Both the position numbers and the translations under genes were made by a program. Positions 20,237 through 29,904 of a DNA stretch of 64,000 bases are shown piece after piece. Origin of the DNA: an uncultured Dehalococcoidia bacterium (GTDB lineage: Bacteria; Chloroflexota; Dehalococcoidia; Bin125); the NCBI GenBank assembly GCA_958295515.1, contig CATQGW010000001.1:580923-644922 (forward strand), written 5' to 3'. Under the pieces are notes generated by a model. That model saw only the letters and a program-made list of their open reading frames with translations, was not told the DNA's origin and made no database searches. The first letter of the stretch is position 1. Each line of letters begins with the position of its first letter.

Positions 20237-21033
20237 TCCGTCGATTTAACCGCACGGGCCGTAGGACGATTGCGCGTCAGCATGCTCAGGTCACACTGCG
20301 CAAACTGAACCCCGAGCAGACTTACTTTGAAATCGCGCTTGATTTGAATTCCTATGGTTTTCCGAAGGACGCGAAGGTTCGCGTCGAAGCTTGGCGTTCG
20401 AATGCCGTACAGCGCTGGGAATTCGGGATCGTTGACGACATCAACCCGCCGACGCGAGGCAATCGCGTCCTGCGCGACGTGCCTGAGACCGCCGCATTCC
20501 GCGTTGCCATTGTGGCGCCAGACGATTCGGGTTTGCTGTTCGGCTTGAGTGGCGACCTTCGTCCACGGCGAGAACTGACCAACGACGGCTCAGAGCCGAT
20601 AGCCGAATCGCTGCTTCACGTCGAGATCGCTAGCGATCTCGGGCAAGAGGTGTGGCGTCTCGATTTCGGAGACGACGAGCTGCCGGTGCTCCAGCTCAAT
20701 GGCTCAATCTCGGGCATCGCGCAGATTGTGGAGCACGACCCGACGTTTCGGTCCCTCGTCATTCCGGAGATTTTCAGAAGCATCTTGCAGCGAGCAATTC
20801 TCGTTACCCGGATCGACCCAGATGATCCTGACTCGAACGCTTGGACCGACTGGCTTGCTTTGGCTAAGAAGCAAGCCCCAAAGGCAGATGTGCCCACACT
20901 GACAGATTTGGCGGACACCGGCGAGCGAGACGCGGCCTTTTCATGGATCGAGATGGTGGTTGGCCGATTCGCGGCTCAAAGGGGCTTTGATGCTGCCACG
21001 ACGTACAGTAAGGCTATGGAGGCAGGGCGATGA
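20233..21033 (+). CDS. hypothetical protein (operon partner 2 of GHKL ATPase)
   Basis: 266-aa ORF. ATG overlaps the upstream stop (ATGA). No motif recognised by eye. Confidence 0.6.
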   Translation: MIRRFNRTGRRTIARQHAQVTLRKLNPEQTYFEIALDLNSYGFPKDAKVRVEAWRSNAVQRWEFGIVDDINPPTRGNRVLRDVPETAAFRVAIVAPDDSGLLFGLSGDLRPRRELTNDGSEPIAESLLHVEIASDLGQEVWRLDFGDDELPVLQLNGSISGIAQIVEHDPTFRSLVIPEIFRSILQRAILVTRIDPDDPDSNAWTDWLALAKKQAPKADVPTLTDLADTGERDAAFSWIEMVVGRFAAQRGFDAATTYSKAMEAGR

Positions 21034-21746
21034 CATACGCCAGAGCACTTACGACAGACGGCATTCGACGAGCTCAGGAGTTCGTCAGGGCGTTGGGCAG
21101 TGACCCGGCCATGCCGCTCACCCCGCCGGATGACATTCTGTTCGATGCTCGATACTCGCGGGAGATCGAGCGAGCACCGAGAGTCGAACATCGCAGTTTC
21201 ACCACACGACGCGAAGCTGCCGAATACTTGGTTTCTCTTTCGCCCCCTCTCGATCAGCGCTCCGTAGATGACTGGCCATTTTGGTCGTGGTTGGGCCTGT
21301 GGCACCTGCCGGACATATTGCACACCGATGAGCGGCGCACTCGCATGTCGAGCGAAGAAGAGACGTTCGTTGTCGACCGAATGGACGGCCGGTCGCGACA
21401 AAGCAGGTACCGGAACTACCTGTGGACATCGTGGCGTCTTTACCAAGCGTTCGGCGAAGAGGCAGCATATCTCCTCGATCTCGACATCATGGAGATCGGA
21501 CAAATCACGCGACGAATCATTAACTCGCCGCGAATCTTCAACTCCGTTGGTGTCGTTCAACTAATTCTACGGCTCTATACGCGGGAGAAAAGGGCGAAGC
21601 GCGGCCGCAGAAACCGCCCTGGTGGGCTGGATCACCTCTTTCGCGTCCTCCCACAGCTCGAACTGACGCACGATGTCTATGGCATGTCGCCCGACGCGCT
21701 GCTGCGCATCTTGCCACCAGAGATCCAAAAGTGGGATGAGCGCTGA
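21030..21746 (+). CDS. hypothetical protein (operon partner 3 of GHKL ATPase)
   Basis: 238-aa ORF. ATG overlaps the upstream stop (ATGA). Basic C-terminal region (REKRAKRGRRNRPGG). Confidence 0.6.
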   Translation: MTYARALTTDGIRRAQEFVRALGSDPAMPLTPPDDILFDARYSREIERAPRVEHRSFTTRREAAEYLVSLSPPLDQRSVDDWPFWSWLGLWHLPDILHTDERRTRMSSEEETFVVDRMDGRSRQSRYRNYLWTSWRLYQAFGEEAAYLLDLDIMEIGQITRRIINSPRIFNSVGVVQLILRLYTREKRAKRGRRNRPGGLDHLFRVLPQLELTHDVYGMSPDALLRILPPEIQKWDER

Positions 21747-21798
21747 CCCGCAGTCGCCTGAGACTGGCTACCATACCCACACACACAAGGAGGCACCC

Positions 21799-22905
21799 AT
21801 GCCCGTCGAATTCATCGGCATGATCGGCGTCAAGCCGTCCGAAGACAACGCCGCCGTCCACATCATCGGTGGCGGCATCTCCCGCGACTACCTCTGCGAC
21901 TTCACCCGCGCCCACGAGCAGGCCGGCTTCGACCAGGTGCTCGTCGGCTATACCTCCGCCGCCGCCGACGGCCTGCACGTCGCTCAGGCCGCCGCCGCCT
22001 GCACCGAGCGCATCAAATTCCTCATCGCCCACCGCCCCGGCTTCGTCCAGCCCACCCTCGCCGCACGCAAATTCGCCACCCTCGACTACTTCACCGGCGG
22101 GCGCGTCTCCGTCCACGTCATCTCCGGCGGACACGACACCGAGCAGCGCCGCGACGGCGACTGGGCCGACCACGACGCCCGCTACCGCCGCACCGACGAA
22201 TACCTCACCGTCATGCGCCGCACCCTCGCCGGCGGCGAACCATTCGACTTCCACGGCGAGTTCTACAACGTCGAAGGCGCCAACGCCGACGTCTGGCCCG
22301 TCCAGCACGGCGGCATCCCCATCTACTTCGGCGGCGCCTCCGACATCGCCTTCGAAACCGGCGTCAAGCACTGCGACGTCTACATGATGTGGGGCGAGCC
22401 CCGCGCCTCCATCGCCCGCACCATCGAGCGCGTCCGCGAAATGGCCGCCCGCCACAACCGCAGCCCCCGCCTCAGCGTCTCCTTCCGCCCCATCCTCGCC
22501 GCCACCGAAGAAGCCGCCTGGGAAAAAGCCGAGCGCTACCTCGCCAAAGTCAGCACCCTGTCCAAGCAGCCGCTCGACTTCCGCCCCCAGTCGCGCGGCT
22601 CCCAGCGCCTGCTCGAATGGGCCGCGCAGGGCGACATCCACGACGAGCGGCTCTGGATGCCCATCGCCGCCGCCACCGGCGCCGCAGGCAACACCTCCGC
22701 CCTCGTCGGCACCCCCGACCAGGTCGCCGAAGCCCTGCTCGCCTACTACGACCTCGGCGTCAGCACCATCCTCATCCGCGGCTTCGAGCCCCTGCCCGAC
22801 GCCGCCGACTACGGACGCGAACTCATCCCCACCGTCAAAGCCGAAGTCGCCAAACGCGACGCCGCCGCCGAGCAGCCCGCCCGCCAGACCGCGGCAGCCC
22901 GATGA
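21799..22905 (+). CDS. LLM-class flavin-dependent oxidoreductase (luciferase-like monooxygenase)
   Basis: ATG at 21799 after AAGGAGG. TIM-barrel LLM signatures: …DQVLVGYTSAAADG…, …FLIAHRPGF…, YFGGAS. GC-rich native codon usage. Confidence 0.8.
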   Translation: MPVEFIGMIGVKPSEDNAAVHIIGGGISRDYLCDFTRAHEQAGFDQVLVGYTSAAADGLHVAQAAAACTERIKFLIAHRPGFVQPTLAARKFATLDYFTGGRVSVHVISGGHDTEQRRDGDWADHDARYRRTDEYLTVMRRTLAGGEPFDFHGEFYNVEGANADVWPVQHGGIPIYFGGASDIAFETGVKHCDVYMMWGEPRASIARTIERVREMAARHNRSPRLSVSFRPILAATEEAAWEKAERYLAKVSTLSKQPLDFRPQSRGSQRLLEWAAQGDIHDERLWMPIAAATGAAGNTSALVGTPDQVAEALLAYYDLGVSTILIRGFEPLPDAADYGRELIPTVKAEVAKRDAAAEQPARQTAAAR

Positions 22906-24050
22906 GCGCCGCCGCCGACGCCGAGCGCCGCATCCGCGCCTTCGAGGAGATGGGCTGGCATCGCACCGGCTGGGAAGCCGACAACCAGGCAGCCGACTGG
23001 CTAATCGCCGAGCTCCAGACCGCCGGCATCGAAGCCCGCGCGCAACCCTTCCGCGCCCCCCGCTGGCACTGGAACAAGGCGGAAGTGCGGGTCGCGGGTC
23101 ACAGGATCATCGGTGAACCCATGAGCGACGGAGGTCCCGCGCCTGGAATGGGCGTAGTGGCCCCGCTTCTCCGCGAACCTCGCCACAACACCATGTCCAT
23201 CATCGTGTGGCAGCCCACGATCGACGATCCGCGTCGTCTCGGTCCTGAAATCTATGACCACCTTGACCATCTGGAGGCGCAGGGTGCGCAAGGCGTAGTG
23301 CTTTTGATGGACGACGAGGACGGATACGGCATCCTGCGCAACGCCGAACGGCCGTGGGATCCCATTCGCCTGCCGGTGCTCCAAATCGCACCGAAAGAGG
23401 CAGGCCCGCTCCTGGACAATGAGGGGGAAACCGCCGGGCTTGTGATCACAGGCCGCCGCGAAGAAGTCCAGGCGCTCAACGTCCTCGCCGAAATCCCCGG
23501 CGCCGACCTCAACGCCGCGCCCGTCACCCTCATGACGCCCAAATCCGGCTGGTTCACCTGCGCCGCCGAGCGCGGCGGCGGCATCGCCGTCTGGCTCGCC
23601 GTCGCCGAACGGATCGCCGCCCAGCGCCCCCGCCGCACTCTCCAACTCGTCGCCAGCAGCGGCCACGAACTGCACCACCTCGGCCTCGATGCCTACCTCG
23701 AATCGCTCGGCGACGCCGCCTCCAAAGTCTCCGCCTGGATCCACCTCGGCGCCGCAATCGGCGCAAAACGCGGCACCCCCAGCCTCGCCGCCTCCGACGA
23801 CGAACTGATGACCATTGCCCAATCCGCCCTCTCCGCCTCCGGCATCGAGCGCGACCCATTCCCCGTCGGACGCTCCGGCTACGGCGAAGCCCGCAACATC
23901 GCCGAAATCGGCGGCCGCTACATCTCCCTACTAGGCGGCCACCCCTACTTCCACAGCCCCCAGGACACCTTCGACAACGCCGTAGACCTCAACCTACTCA
24001 CCCGCCACATCAACGCCGTAGAAACAATGACGCGAGAACTGCTGGCCTGA
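22902..24050 (+). CDS. hypothetical protein, possible M28-like peptidase/hydrolase
   Basis: ATG overlaps the LLM stop (ATGA). Weak resemblance to the M28 metal-binding region (…AERGGGIAVWLAVAERIA…SSGHELHHLG). Function uncertain. Confidence 0.45.
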   Translation: MSAAADAERRIRAFEEMGWHRTGWEADNQAADWLIAELQTAGIEARAQPFRAPRWHWNKAEVRVAGHRIIGEPMSDGGPAPGMGVVAPLLREPRHNTMSIIVWQPTIDDPRRLGPEIYDHLDHLEAQGAQGVVLLMDDEDGYGILRNAERPWDPIRLPVLQIAPKEAGPLLDNEGETAGLVITGRREEVQALNVLAEIPGADLNAAPVTLMTPKSGWFTCAAERGGGIAVWLAVAERIAAQRPRRTLQLVASSGHELHHLGLDAYLESLGDAASKVSAWIHLGAAIGAKRGTPSLAASDDELMTIAQSALSASGIERDPFPVGRSGYGEARNIAEIGGRYISLLGGHPYFHSPQDTFDNAVDLNLLTRHINAVETMTRELLA

Positions 24051-24111
24051 TGCCGCCGGCAGGAGTGACCGAATAGACTGCAAGCGCACCAACGCGAAAG
24101 GCTGCCTCGAA

Positions 24112-26397
24112 GTGAAGAACGCGCCAAAGCCCGAAAATCTGTCGCTGCAGAGCCTGCTCTCGCGCCTCAGCGAGGGACGCTTCGTGATCCCCGACTTCCA
24201 GCGGGAATTCGAGTGGGAGCCCAAAGACATCCTCGAGCTGATGCGCTCCCTCTTCCTCGATTACTACATCGGAAGCTTGCTCCTCTGGCGCGGGCGCAAC
24301 GAGACGTTCGCGGCGCTGGCGTGTAAGCCGCTCGCGGTCTTCGCCGGCGACAACGGAGGCAGTCCGGAGCACATCGTGCTTGACGGGCAGCAGCGCCTCT
24401 CGGCGATGTACTACGCATTCATGGCGCCGTCGGTCCCCGCACCAAACCGGAAGGTCCGGTACTTGTACTTCATCCGCATCGATAAATGGGCGGACGACGA
24501 ACCTGACGAGGCTTTCGTCTACGACTGGACGCGCCGTGGCACAAACCTACTCGACGATCGCGAAGAGCAATTTGCCCGTCAGATGCTCCCACTCGCAACG
24601 ATCGGCAATGCCGGTCGGCGTGGGGTTTGGGACTGGTTCCGCGATTACGAGACATTCTGGGAGGAGAAGCGTGGCGCTGCCGATTCGACAGGTCGCACAG
24701 CAGAGCGCGGTCAAGCTCAGCGGTGCATCGAGCAAGGTAGCGAGTTTGCCGATCACCTTGATGAGATGCTGCGCGAATACCAAATCTCCTACATTGAGCT
24801 TGATCAAGAGCTCGAGATCGATAAGGTCTGCGACACCTTCACACGGATCAACAGCCGCGGCATCCGACTCGACATATTCGACCTGATGAACGCTCTCCTG
24901 CGACCGAAAGACCTCCGACTCAAGGACATGTGGCGAGAGGTTGCGCCTGATCTGGAGTTCATCAGCTCAAGTCGGTCCGATGTCTACGTACTGCAGGTGA
25001 TGTCGATCCTCGCGCAGAACTACTGCTCACCGAAGTACCTGTACCATCTCCTCCCCGGCGAGAAGCGCCGCATTCGCAAGCCGGATGGATCCAGCGCCGA
25101 TCAAGTGCTGGTGCCCGATGCCGAAGACTTTGAGCGCCGTTGGTTGGAAGCCGTGGCGATCATCAAGAGCGGCGTCGCGCGGCTGAGCCATCCTCAAGAC
25201 TTCGGAGCGATCTCCTCAGCCCTCCTCCCGTACGCCTCGATCCTCCCAGCGTTTTGCTCGGTGCTGCACATCGCAAATTCTGCGCCCGACGCTGAGCGAC
25301 TCACGGCTGCACGCAAGGTTCGCGATTGGTACTGGGCGAGCGTGTTCACGAATCGATACTCCGGGGCGGTTGAGTCCACGGCGGCGCGCGATGTCCTTGA
25401 CGTAAGGCAATGGATCAACAACGACGATGCCGTACCAGATGTGATCGCTGCACTTCCCGAACGCATGCGGACACTGGACCTACGAAGCGAAACGCGCCCT
25501 GCGGCATCGGTGTATAAAGGAGTGCTCAACCTGATCATTATGAACGGCGCCCGCGATTGGGCGTCCGACGCGCCACCGCAGCCGGACGACATCGATTCCT
25601 ATCACATCATTCCCAAGTCGTGGGGAAGAGCGAATCGTCTCGGCAAACGGATCGACACCGTTCTGAACCGCGTTCCCCTGTCCTCGGAAACCAATCGGGA
25701 CATCATCGGCAAGCAGCTCCCAAATCAGTACCTACGCGAGTGGATCGACAGAACAGGAGAAGCGTCCGTCCGCGAGACGCTGCGAACTCATCTGATCTCG
25801 GACACGGCATTCGACATTCTGTGCCGCGACCCGTTCGAGAAAGACGACTTCGAAGCATTTCTGTCGGAACGTCAACGAACCATCCAACAGGCGATTGAAG
25901 TGCTGTTGATCAAGGGGCGGCTCGATCTGACTCCGGACCTGAGGGAAATGGATAGGCGCGTTGAGGTCGTTGAGCTCGAACTGCGAAAGCTTGTTGTGGC
26001 TACTCTCAACAGCGACTCACAAAGAGTGCCTCAGAGCGTGCGCGTGAAATGGCAGCCGCGAATCGAAACGATCAAGCGCAAGCAGCCAGGACTCGCAGCC
26101 GACGCATTCGACACCCTGCGAGTGCAGCTGGAGTACGCCGACCTGAGCGAGCTTGGCGAGATCATTCTCAACAAGGCGCTGTGGCTAGACTTCCAACCGG
26201 TGTTCAACGCGAAGCCGCTCGTGCAGAGCCGCTTCGCACAGCTCGGCGAGCTGCGCAATGCGATCCGCCACACCCGCACCGTGACGCCCGTCGTCCAAAA
26301 AGACGGCGAAGCGGCACTGCTGTGGTTCGACCAGGCGCTGGGCATGGCGGGGCTTCGGAGGTCGGACGGAGAGATTCCCGCTCGGGGGCGGGAATGA
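24112..26397 (+). CDS. DUF262 (ParB-like NTPase) + DUF1524 (HNH-like) protein, GmrSD/SspE-like type IV restriction-type enzyme
   Basis: N-terminal IPDFQREFEWE and DGQQRLSAMY (DUF262 hallmark). C-terminal …DDIDSYHIIPKSW… (His-Me/DUF1524-like). 761 aa. Reduced GC. GTG start. Confidence 0.8.
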   Translation: MKNAPKPENLSLQSLLSRLSEGRFVIPDFQREFEWEPKDILELMRSLFLDYYIGSLLLWRGRNETFAALACKPLAVFAGDNGGSPEHIVLDGQQRLSAMYYAFMAPSVPAPNRKVRYLYFIRIDKWADDEPDEAFVYDWTRRGTNLLDDREEQFARQMLPLATIGNAGRRGVWDWFRDYETFWEEKRGAADSTGRTAERGQAQRCIEQGSEFADHLDEMLREYQISYIELDQELEIDKVCDTFTRINSRGIRLDIFDLMNALLRPKDLRLKDMWREVAPDLEFISSSRSDVYVLQVMSILAQNYCSPKYLYHLLPGEKRRIRKPDGSSADQVLVPDAEDFERRWLEAVAIIKSGVARLSHPQDFGAISSALLPYASILPAFCSVLHIANSAPDAERLTAARKVRDWYWASVFTNRYSGAVESTAARDVLDVRQWINNDDAVPDVIAALPERMRTLDLRSETRPAASVYKGVLNLIIMNGARDWASDAPPQPDDIDSYHIIPKSWGRANRLGKRIDTVLNRVPLSSETNRDIIGKQLPNQYLREWIDRTGEASVRETLRTHLISDTAFDILCRDPFEKDDFEAFLSERQRTIQQAIEVLLIKGRLDLTPDLREMDRRVEVVELELRKLVVATLNSDSQRVPQSVRVKWQPRIETIKRKQPGLAADAFDTLRVQLEYADLSELGEIILNKALWLDFQPVFNAKPLVQSRFAQLGELRNAIRHTRTVTPVVQKDGEAALLWFDQALGMAGLRRSDGEIPARGRE

Positions 26398-26440
26398 CGA
26401 GGAAGACCGCCCTTTCCAGCAGGCGCGATACGCTCCCCCT

Positions 26441-27388
26441 GTGCCGCCTCAGCTGATCGCCGCCATCAACATTCGGATCAACCCCGTCCTGATCGACGCG
26501 GGCGGCTTTGAGATCACCTGGCACGGATTGTTCACCGCCCTCGGCATCGCCGCCGGAGTCTGGCTCGCCATTCGGCTCGCGCGGCAGGCGCGGCTCAACG
26601 AGGACGACTCGATGAGCATCGCCGTCGTCTCCGTCGTCTCCGGCATCATCGGCGCTCGCGTCCTCTGGATCCTCGAACACACCGACCAGATTCAGAACGT
26701 CGGCGACCTCTTCGCCCTGACCGACGGCGGCATCTCGATCTACGGCGCAATGATCGGCGGCGTGCTCGGCGGCTTCATCTACGTCTCCCTCTTCAAACCC
26801 AAATTCCCCAAGTGGGTCGCGCTCGATGTCGCCGCCCCCGGCATGATCCTCGGCCAGGCCATCGGCCGCTTCGGCGACTTCGCCAACGGCGAACATTTCG
26901 CCTCCCAGACCAACCTGCCCTGGGCCTTCCGTTACACCCACCCCCAGACCGACGGGCCCTGGGCGATCTGGGAGAACGGCGAAACCGTCGGTGGCTGGTT
27001 CCGCGGCGCGCTCGACCGCGCCGGCGAAGCGCCGGTGCCCGTGCATCCCGTCGCCGGCGGCTACGAGCCGATCCTTGACTTCATCATCCTCGGCATTCTG
27101 CTCTGGATGCGGCGCTTCCCAATCGGCGACGGCTGGCGCTTCGTCGTCTACGTCCTCGCCTACGCCCTGGTGCGCGGCACACTCTCGATCATGCGCACCG
27201 ACGAAGCGCTGGCCATCGGCGCGCTCTCCGTACCCCAGATCACCGCAATCGTCACCGGCGCGGCCGCCCTGCTGATCGCCGCCTGGCTGCTCTACCGCTC
27301 CCGCGCCGGCGATCGCGGCTCCGGCGGCGGACGCGGCCCCGCCCCGCCCCGCGGCCGCCTGCGCCGCGGCGGTCTCGCCCGAGGCTGA
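26441..27388 (+). CDS. lgt: prolipoprotein diacylglyceryl transferase
   Basis: …FEITWHGLFTALGIAAGVWLA… and GRFGDFANGEHF (Lgt signature-like), multi-TM. GTG start. Confidence 0.75.
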   Translation: MPPQLIAAINIRINPVLIDAGGFEITWHGLFTALGIAAGVWLAIRLARQARLNEDDSMSIAVVSVVSGIIGARVLWILEHTDQIQNVGDLFALTDGGISIYGAMIGGVLGGFIYVSLFKPKFPKWVALDVAAPGMILGQAIGRFGDFANGEHFASQTNLPWAFRYTHPQTDGPWAIWENGETVGGWFRGALDRAGEAPVPVHPVAGGYEPILDFIILGILLWMRRFPIGDGWRFVVYVLAYALVRGTLSIMRTDEALAIGALSVPQITAIVTGAAALLIAAWLLYRSRAGDRGSGGGRGPAPPRGRLRRGGLARG

Positions 27389-27393
27389 CCCCG

Positions 27394-27675
27394 ATGAACC
27401 CCGAGCCGCGCATCCTGCTCTACCGTCGCGCCGAGTGCCACGCCTGCGACCGCGCCGCCGAGGCCATCCGCTCGATCGCCGCCGCCCTCAACCTGCCCTG
27501 GCAAACGCGCTGCATCGATGGCGACGAAGACCTCGAGGCGCGTCACGGCCGCCGCATCCCCGTCGTCTCCCTACAACGCGGCGACCAAGAACTCGAGCTG
27601 GCCGCCGAGCAGGTCAACGCCGCCGCGCTGGCCCGCCGCCTGCGCGCGGCCCTGACTACGCCTCGCCCAGATTGA
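27394..27675 (+). CDS. glutaredoxin-like (thioredoxin-fold) protein
   Basis: 93 aa with CHAC (CxxC) after a β1 strand ([15 protein letters not shown]). Confidence 0.6.
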   Translation: MNPEPRILLYRRAECHACDRAAEAIRSIAAALNLPWQTRCIDGDEDLEARHGRRIPVVSLQRGDQELELAAEQVNAAALARRLRAALTTPRPD

Positions 27676-28384
27676 TCGCGTGCAGCCCGCACTCCTTCTG
27701 CGTCGCCTCTTCCCACCACCAGCGCCCTGCCCGCTCGTGCTCGCCCGGATGCGTCGCCCGCGTACACGGCTCGCAGCCGATCGACTTAAATCCGCGGTCG
27801 TGCAGCGGGTTGTAGGGCACGCCGTAGGTCTGGATGTAATCCCAAACCTGCTGCGAGCGAAAGTTGGCCAAAGGGTTGAACTTCACCCGCATCCCGTCGT
27901 GCTGCACGACCGGCAGCTCCGCGCGCGTGCCCGGGCTCTGATCCTTGCGCTGCCCCGTCGCGAACGCCGCCACGCCCTCCAGCGCGCGCGCCAGCGGCTC
28001 AACCTTGCGAATGCCGCAGCACTCCCCGTGCCCGTCGCGCCGGAAGGAGAACAGCCCCTTCTCGCGCACCAGCGCCTCCACCGCCTCCGCCTGCGGGCTG
28101 AACGCCTCGATCGTGATCCCGTAGCGCTCGCGCACCGTCTCGATGTACGCCAACGTCTCGCCGTGCAAGCGCCCCGTGTCGAGCGAGAACACGCGGAATC
28201 CGTCGGGACCGACCGCGCGCTGCGCCATATCGATCAGCACCGCATCCTCCGCCCCGCTGAACGAGATGCTCAGTCCGGGAAAGCGATCCAGCGCCTCCGC
28301 GACGATGTCCGCGGGATGCGCGCGATCCAGCCGCACAGCGGCCTCCGCGATGTCGTATCCGCTGATCAACAGTTGGTGTGACAT
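27656..28384 (-). CDS. cysH: phosphoadenosine phosphosulfate/adenylylsulfate reductase
   Basis: …[15 protein letters not shown]…, the ECG(I/L)H motif ([11 protein letters not shown]… KECGLH), and a C-terminal CEPC. Start at MSHQLL (28384). Confidence 0.85.
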   Translation of the reverse strand: MSHQLLISGYDIAEAAVRLDRAHPADIVAEALDRFPGLSISFSGAEDAVLIDMAQRAVGPDGFRVFSLDTGRLHGETLAYIETVRERYGITIEAFSPQAEAVEALVREKGLFSFRRDGHGECCGIRKVEPLARALEGVAAFATGQRKDQSPGTRAELPVVQHDGMRVKFNPLANFRSQQVWDYIQTYGVPYNPLHDRGFKSIGCEPCTRATHPGEHERAGRWWWEEATQKECGLHAINLGEA

Positions 28385-28490
28385 GCGACACTCACAAAGT
28401 CTGGGCGAAATCGGACCATTTCGGTTAGGATTGTCAGCATCGTAGCGCCGAGCCCCGCCTGGGGGCAGAGGAGCGGCTGGTGCAGCCCGC

Positions 28491-28925
28491 ATGATGAAGC
28501 TGTCGAGCAAGAGCGACTACGGCATCCGCGCGCTGGTCGACCTCGCCCAGCACGCCGGCGCCGGGCCGATCCCCAGCAGCGAGATCGCGCTGCGCCAGGC
28601 GATCCCCGCCTCGCTCGTCGGCCAGGTGCTCGGACGCCTGCGCACCGCCGGCTTCATCCGCTCCACGCGCGGCGCGCAGGGCGGACACCAACTCGCCGTC
28701 CCCGCCGACGCCATCCGCCTCGATGTCGTCGTCCAGTCCCTCGAAGGCCCCATCTCACCCGGCGCCTGCCTCGACGAAGCGCCGATCGAGCGCTGTACCG
28801 GGGCCGCCGCACAAGTCCGCCTCTGGGCGGATGTGCAGGCGGCCATCCTGGAGGTGCTCAACGGACGCACCGTCGAGGACCTCGCCCAACAACAGGCCGC
28901 GGCCGGCAGCCGCTACCAAATCTGA
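28491..28925 (+). CDS. Rrf2-family transcriptional regulator (IscR/CymR-like)
   Basis: [18 protein letters not shown]… is the canonical Rrf2 wHTH N-terminus. Confidence 0.8.
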   Translation: MMKLSSKSDYGIRALVDLAQHAGAGPIPSSEIALRQAIPASLVGQVLGRLRTAGFIRSTRGAQGGHQLAVPADAIRLDVVVQSLEGPISPGACLDEAPIERCTGAAAQVRLWADVQAAILEVLNGRTVEDLAQQQAAAGSRYQI

Positions 28926-28960
28926 CCGATGACCCGAGCAACGAAATCCCCGAGACGCCC

Positions 28961-29893
28961 GTGACCCTCCAGCGACCGCCCGTCGCCGACACCGTGCTCG
29001 ACCTGATCGGCGCGACCCCGATGCTGCGCCTGCGCCGCATCGCCCCGCCCGACGCCGCCGAAATCGTCGCCAAGCTCGAATCGCTCAATCCCGGCGGCTC
29101 GGTCAAAGACCGCATCGCGCGCGCGATGATCGAAGACGCCGAGTGCAGCGGCGCACTCAAACCCGGCGACACCATCGTCGAGCCCACCTCCGGCAACACC
29201 GGCGTCGGCCTCGCGCTCGTCGCCGCCGTCAAGGGCTACCGCCTGGTCCTAACCATGCCCGAAGACATGAGCCGCGAACGCCGCCGCCTGCTCGAACGCT
29301 TCGGCGCGGAAGTCCTGCTCACCCCCGCCATCGAGGGCATGACCGGCGCAGTCTTCGCCGCCGAGGAACTCTCCCGCGAACCCAACCACTTCATGCCCCA
29401 GCAGTTCCTCAACCTCTCCAACCCCGAAATCCACCGCCGCACCACCGCGCCCGAAATCTGGGCCGCGCTCGACGGCAAACTCGACGCCTTCGTGACCGGC
29501 GTGGGTACGGGCGGTACGATCACGGGCGTCGGCGAATGGCTGCGCGAGCGCATCCCCGACCTGCGAATCGTCGCCGTCGAACCCCTGCGCTCGCCCGTCC
29601 TCCAGGGCGGACGCTTCGCCGTTCATCAAATCCAGGGCATCGGCGCATCCTTCGTGCCCGGTGTGCTGAACCGCGAGGTCTACGACGAGGTGATCGGCGT
29701 GAGCGACGAAGACGCGATCGCAATGACCGCGCGTCTCACCCGCGAGGAAGGCGTGCTCGCTGGCATCTCCTCCGGCGCCAACGTCCACGCCGCCGTCGAA
29801 ATCGCTCGCCGACTCGGCCCCGGCCGGCGCGTCGTGACCACCATCTGCGACACCGGCGAGCGCTATCTGAGCATGCCCTTCGAGGGCGAATGA
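28961..29893 (+). CDS. cysK: cysteine synthase (O-acetylserine sulfhydrylase, PLP-dependent)
   Basis: PLP-lysine motif NPGGSVKDRIA, then TSGNTGVGLA and GTGGTITGVG. Confidence 0.85.
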   Translation: MTLQRPPVADTVLDLIGATPMLRLRRIAPPDAAEIVAKLESLNPGGSVKDRIARAMIEDAECSGALKPGDTIVEPTSGNTGVGLALVAAVKGYRLVLTMPEDMSRERRRLLERFGAEVLLTPAIEGMTGAVFAAEELSREPNHFMPQQFLNLSNPEIHRRTTAPEIWAALDGKLDAFVTGVGTGGTITGVGEWLRERIPDLRIVAVEPLRSPVLQGGRFAVHQIQGIGASFVPGVLNREVYDEVIGVSDEDAIAMTARLTREEGVLAGISSGANVHAAVEIARRLGPGRRVVTTICDTGERYLSMPFEGE

Positions 29894-29904
29894 GGGAACT
29901 ACCC

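Noticed and set aside
21538-22641. 367-aa minus-strand ORF
   Set aside because: Antisense to the LLM oxidoreductase gene. Gly/Ala-rich low complexity.
22389-24050. 553-aa ORF as a single long protein
   Set aside because: The N-terminal 170 aa are Arg/Pro-rich out-of-context translation overlapping the LLM gene in another frame. The real CDS most likely starts at ATG 22902 (ATGA overlap with the LLM stop).
26204-27046. 280-aa minus-strand ORF overlapping lgt
   Set aside because: Antisense shadow. lgt on + strand has clear TM and signature motifs.
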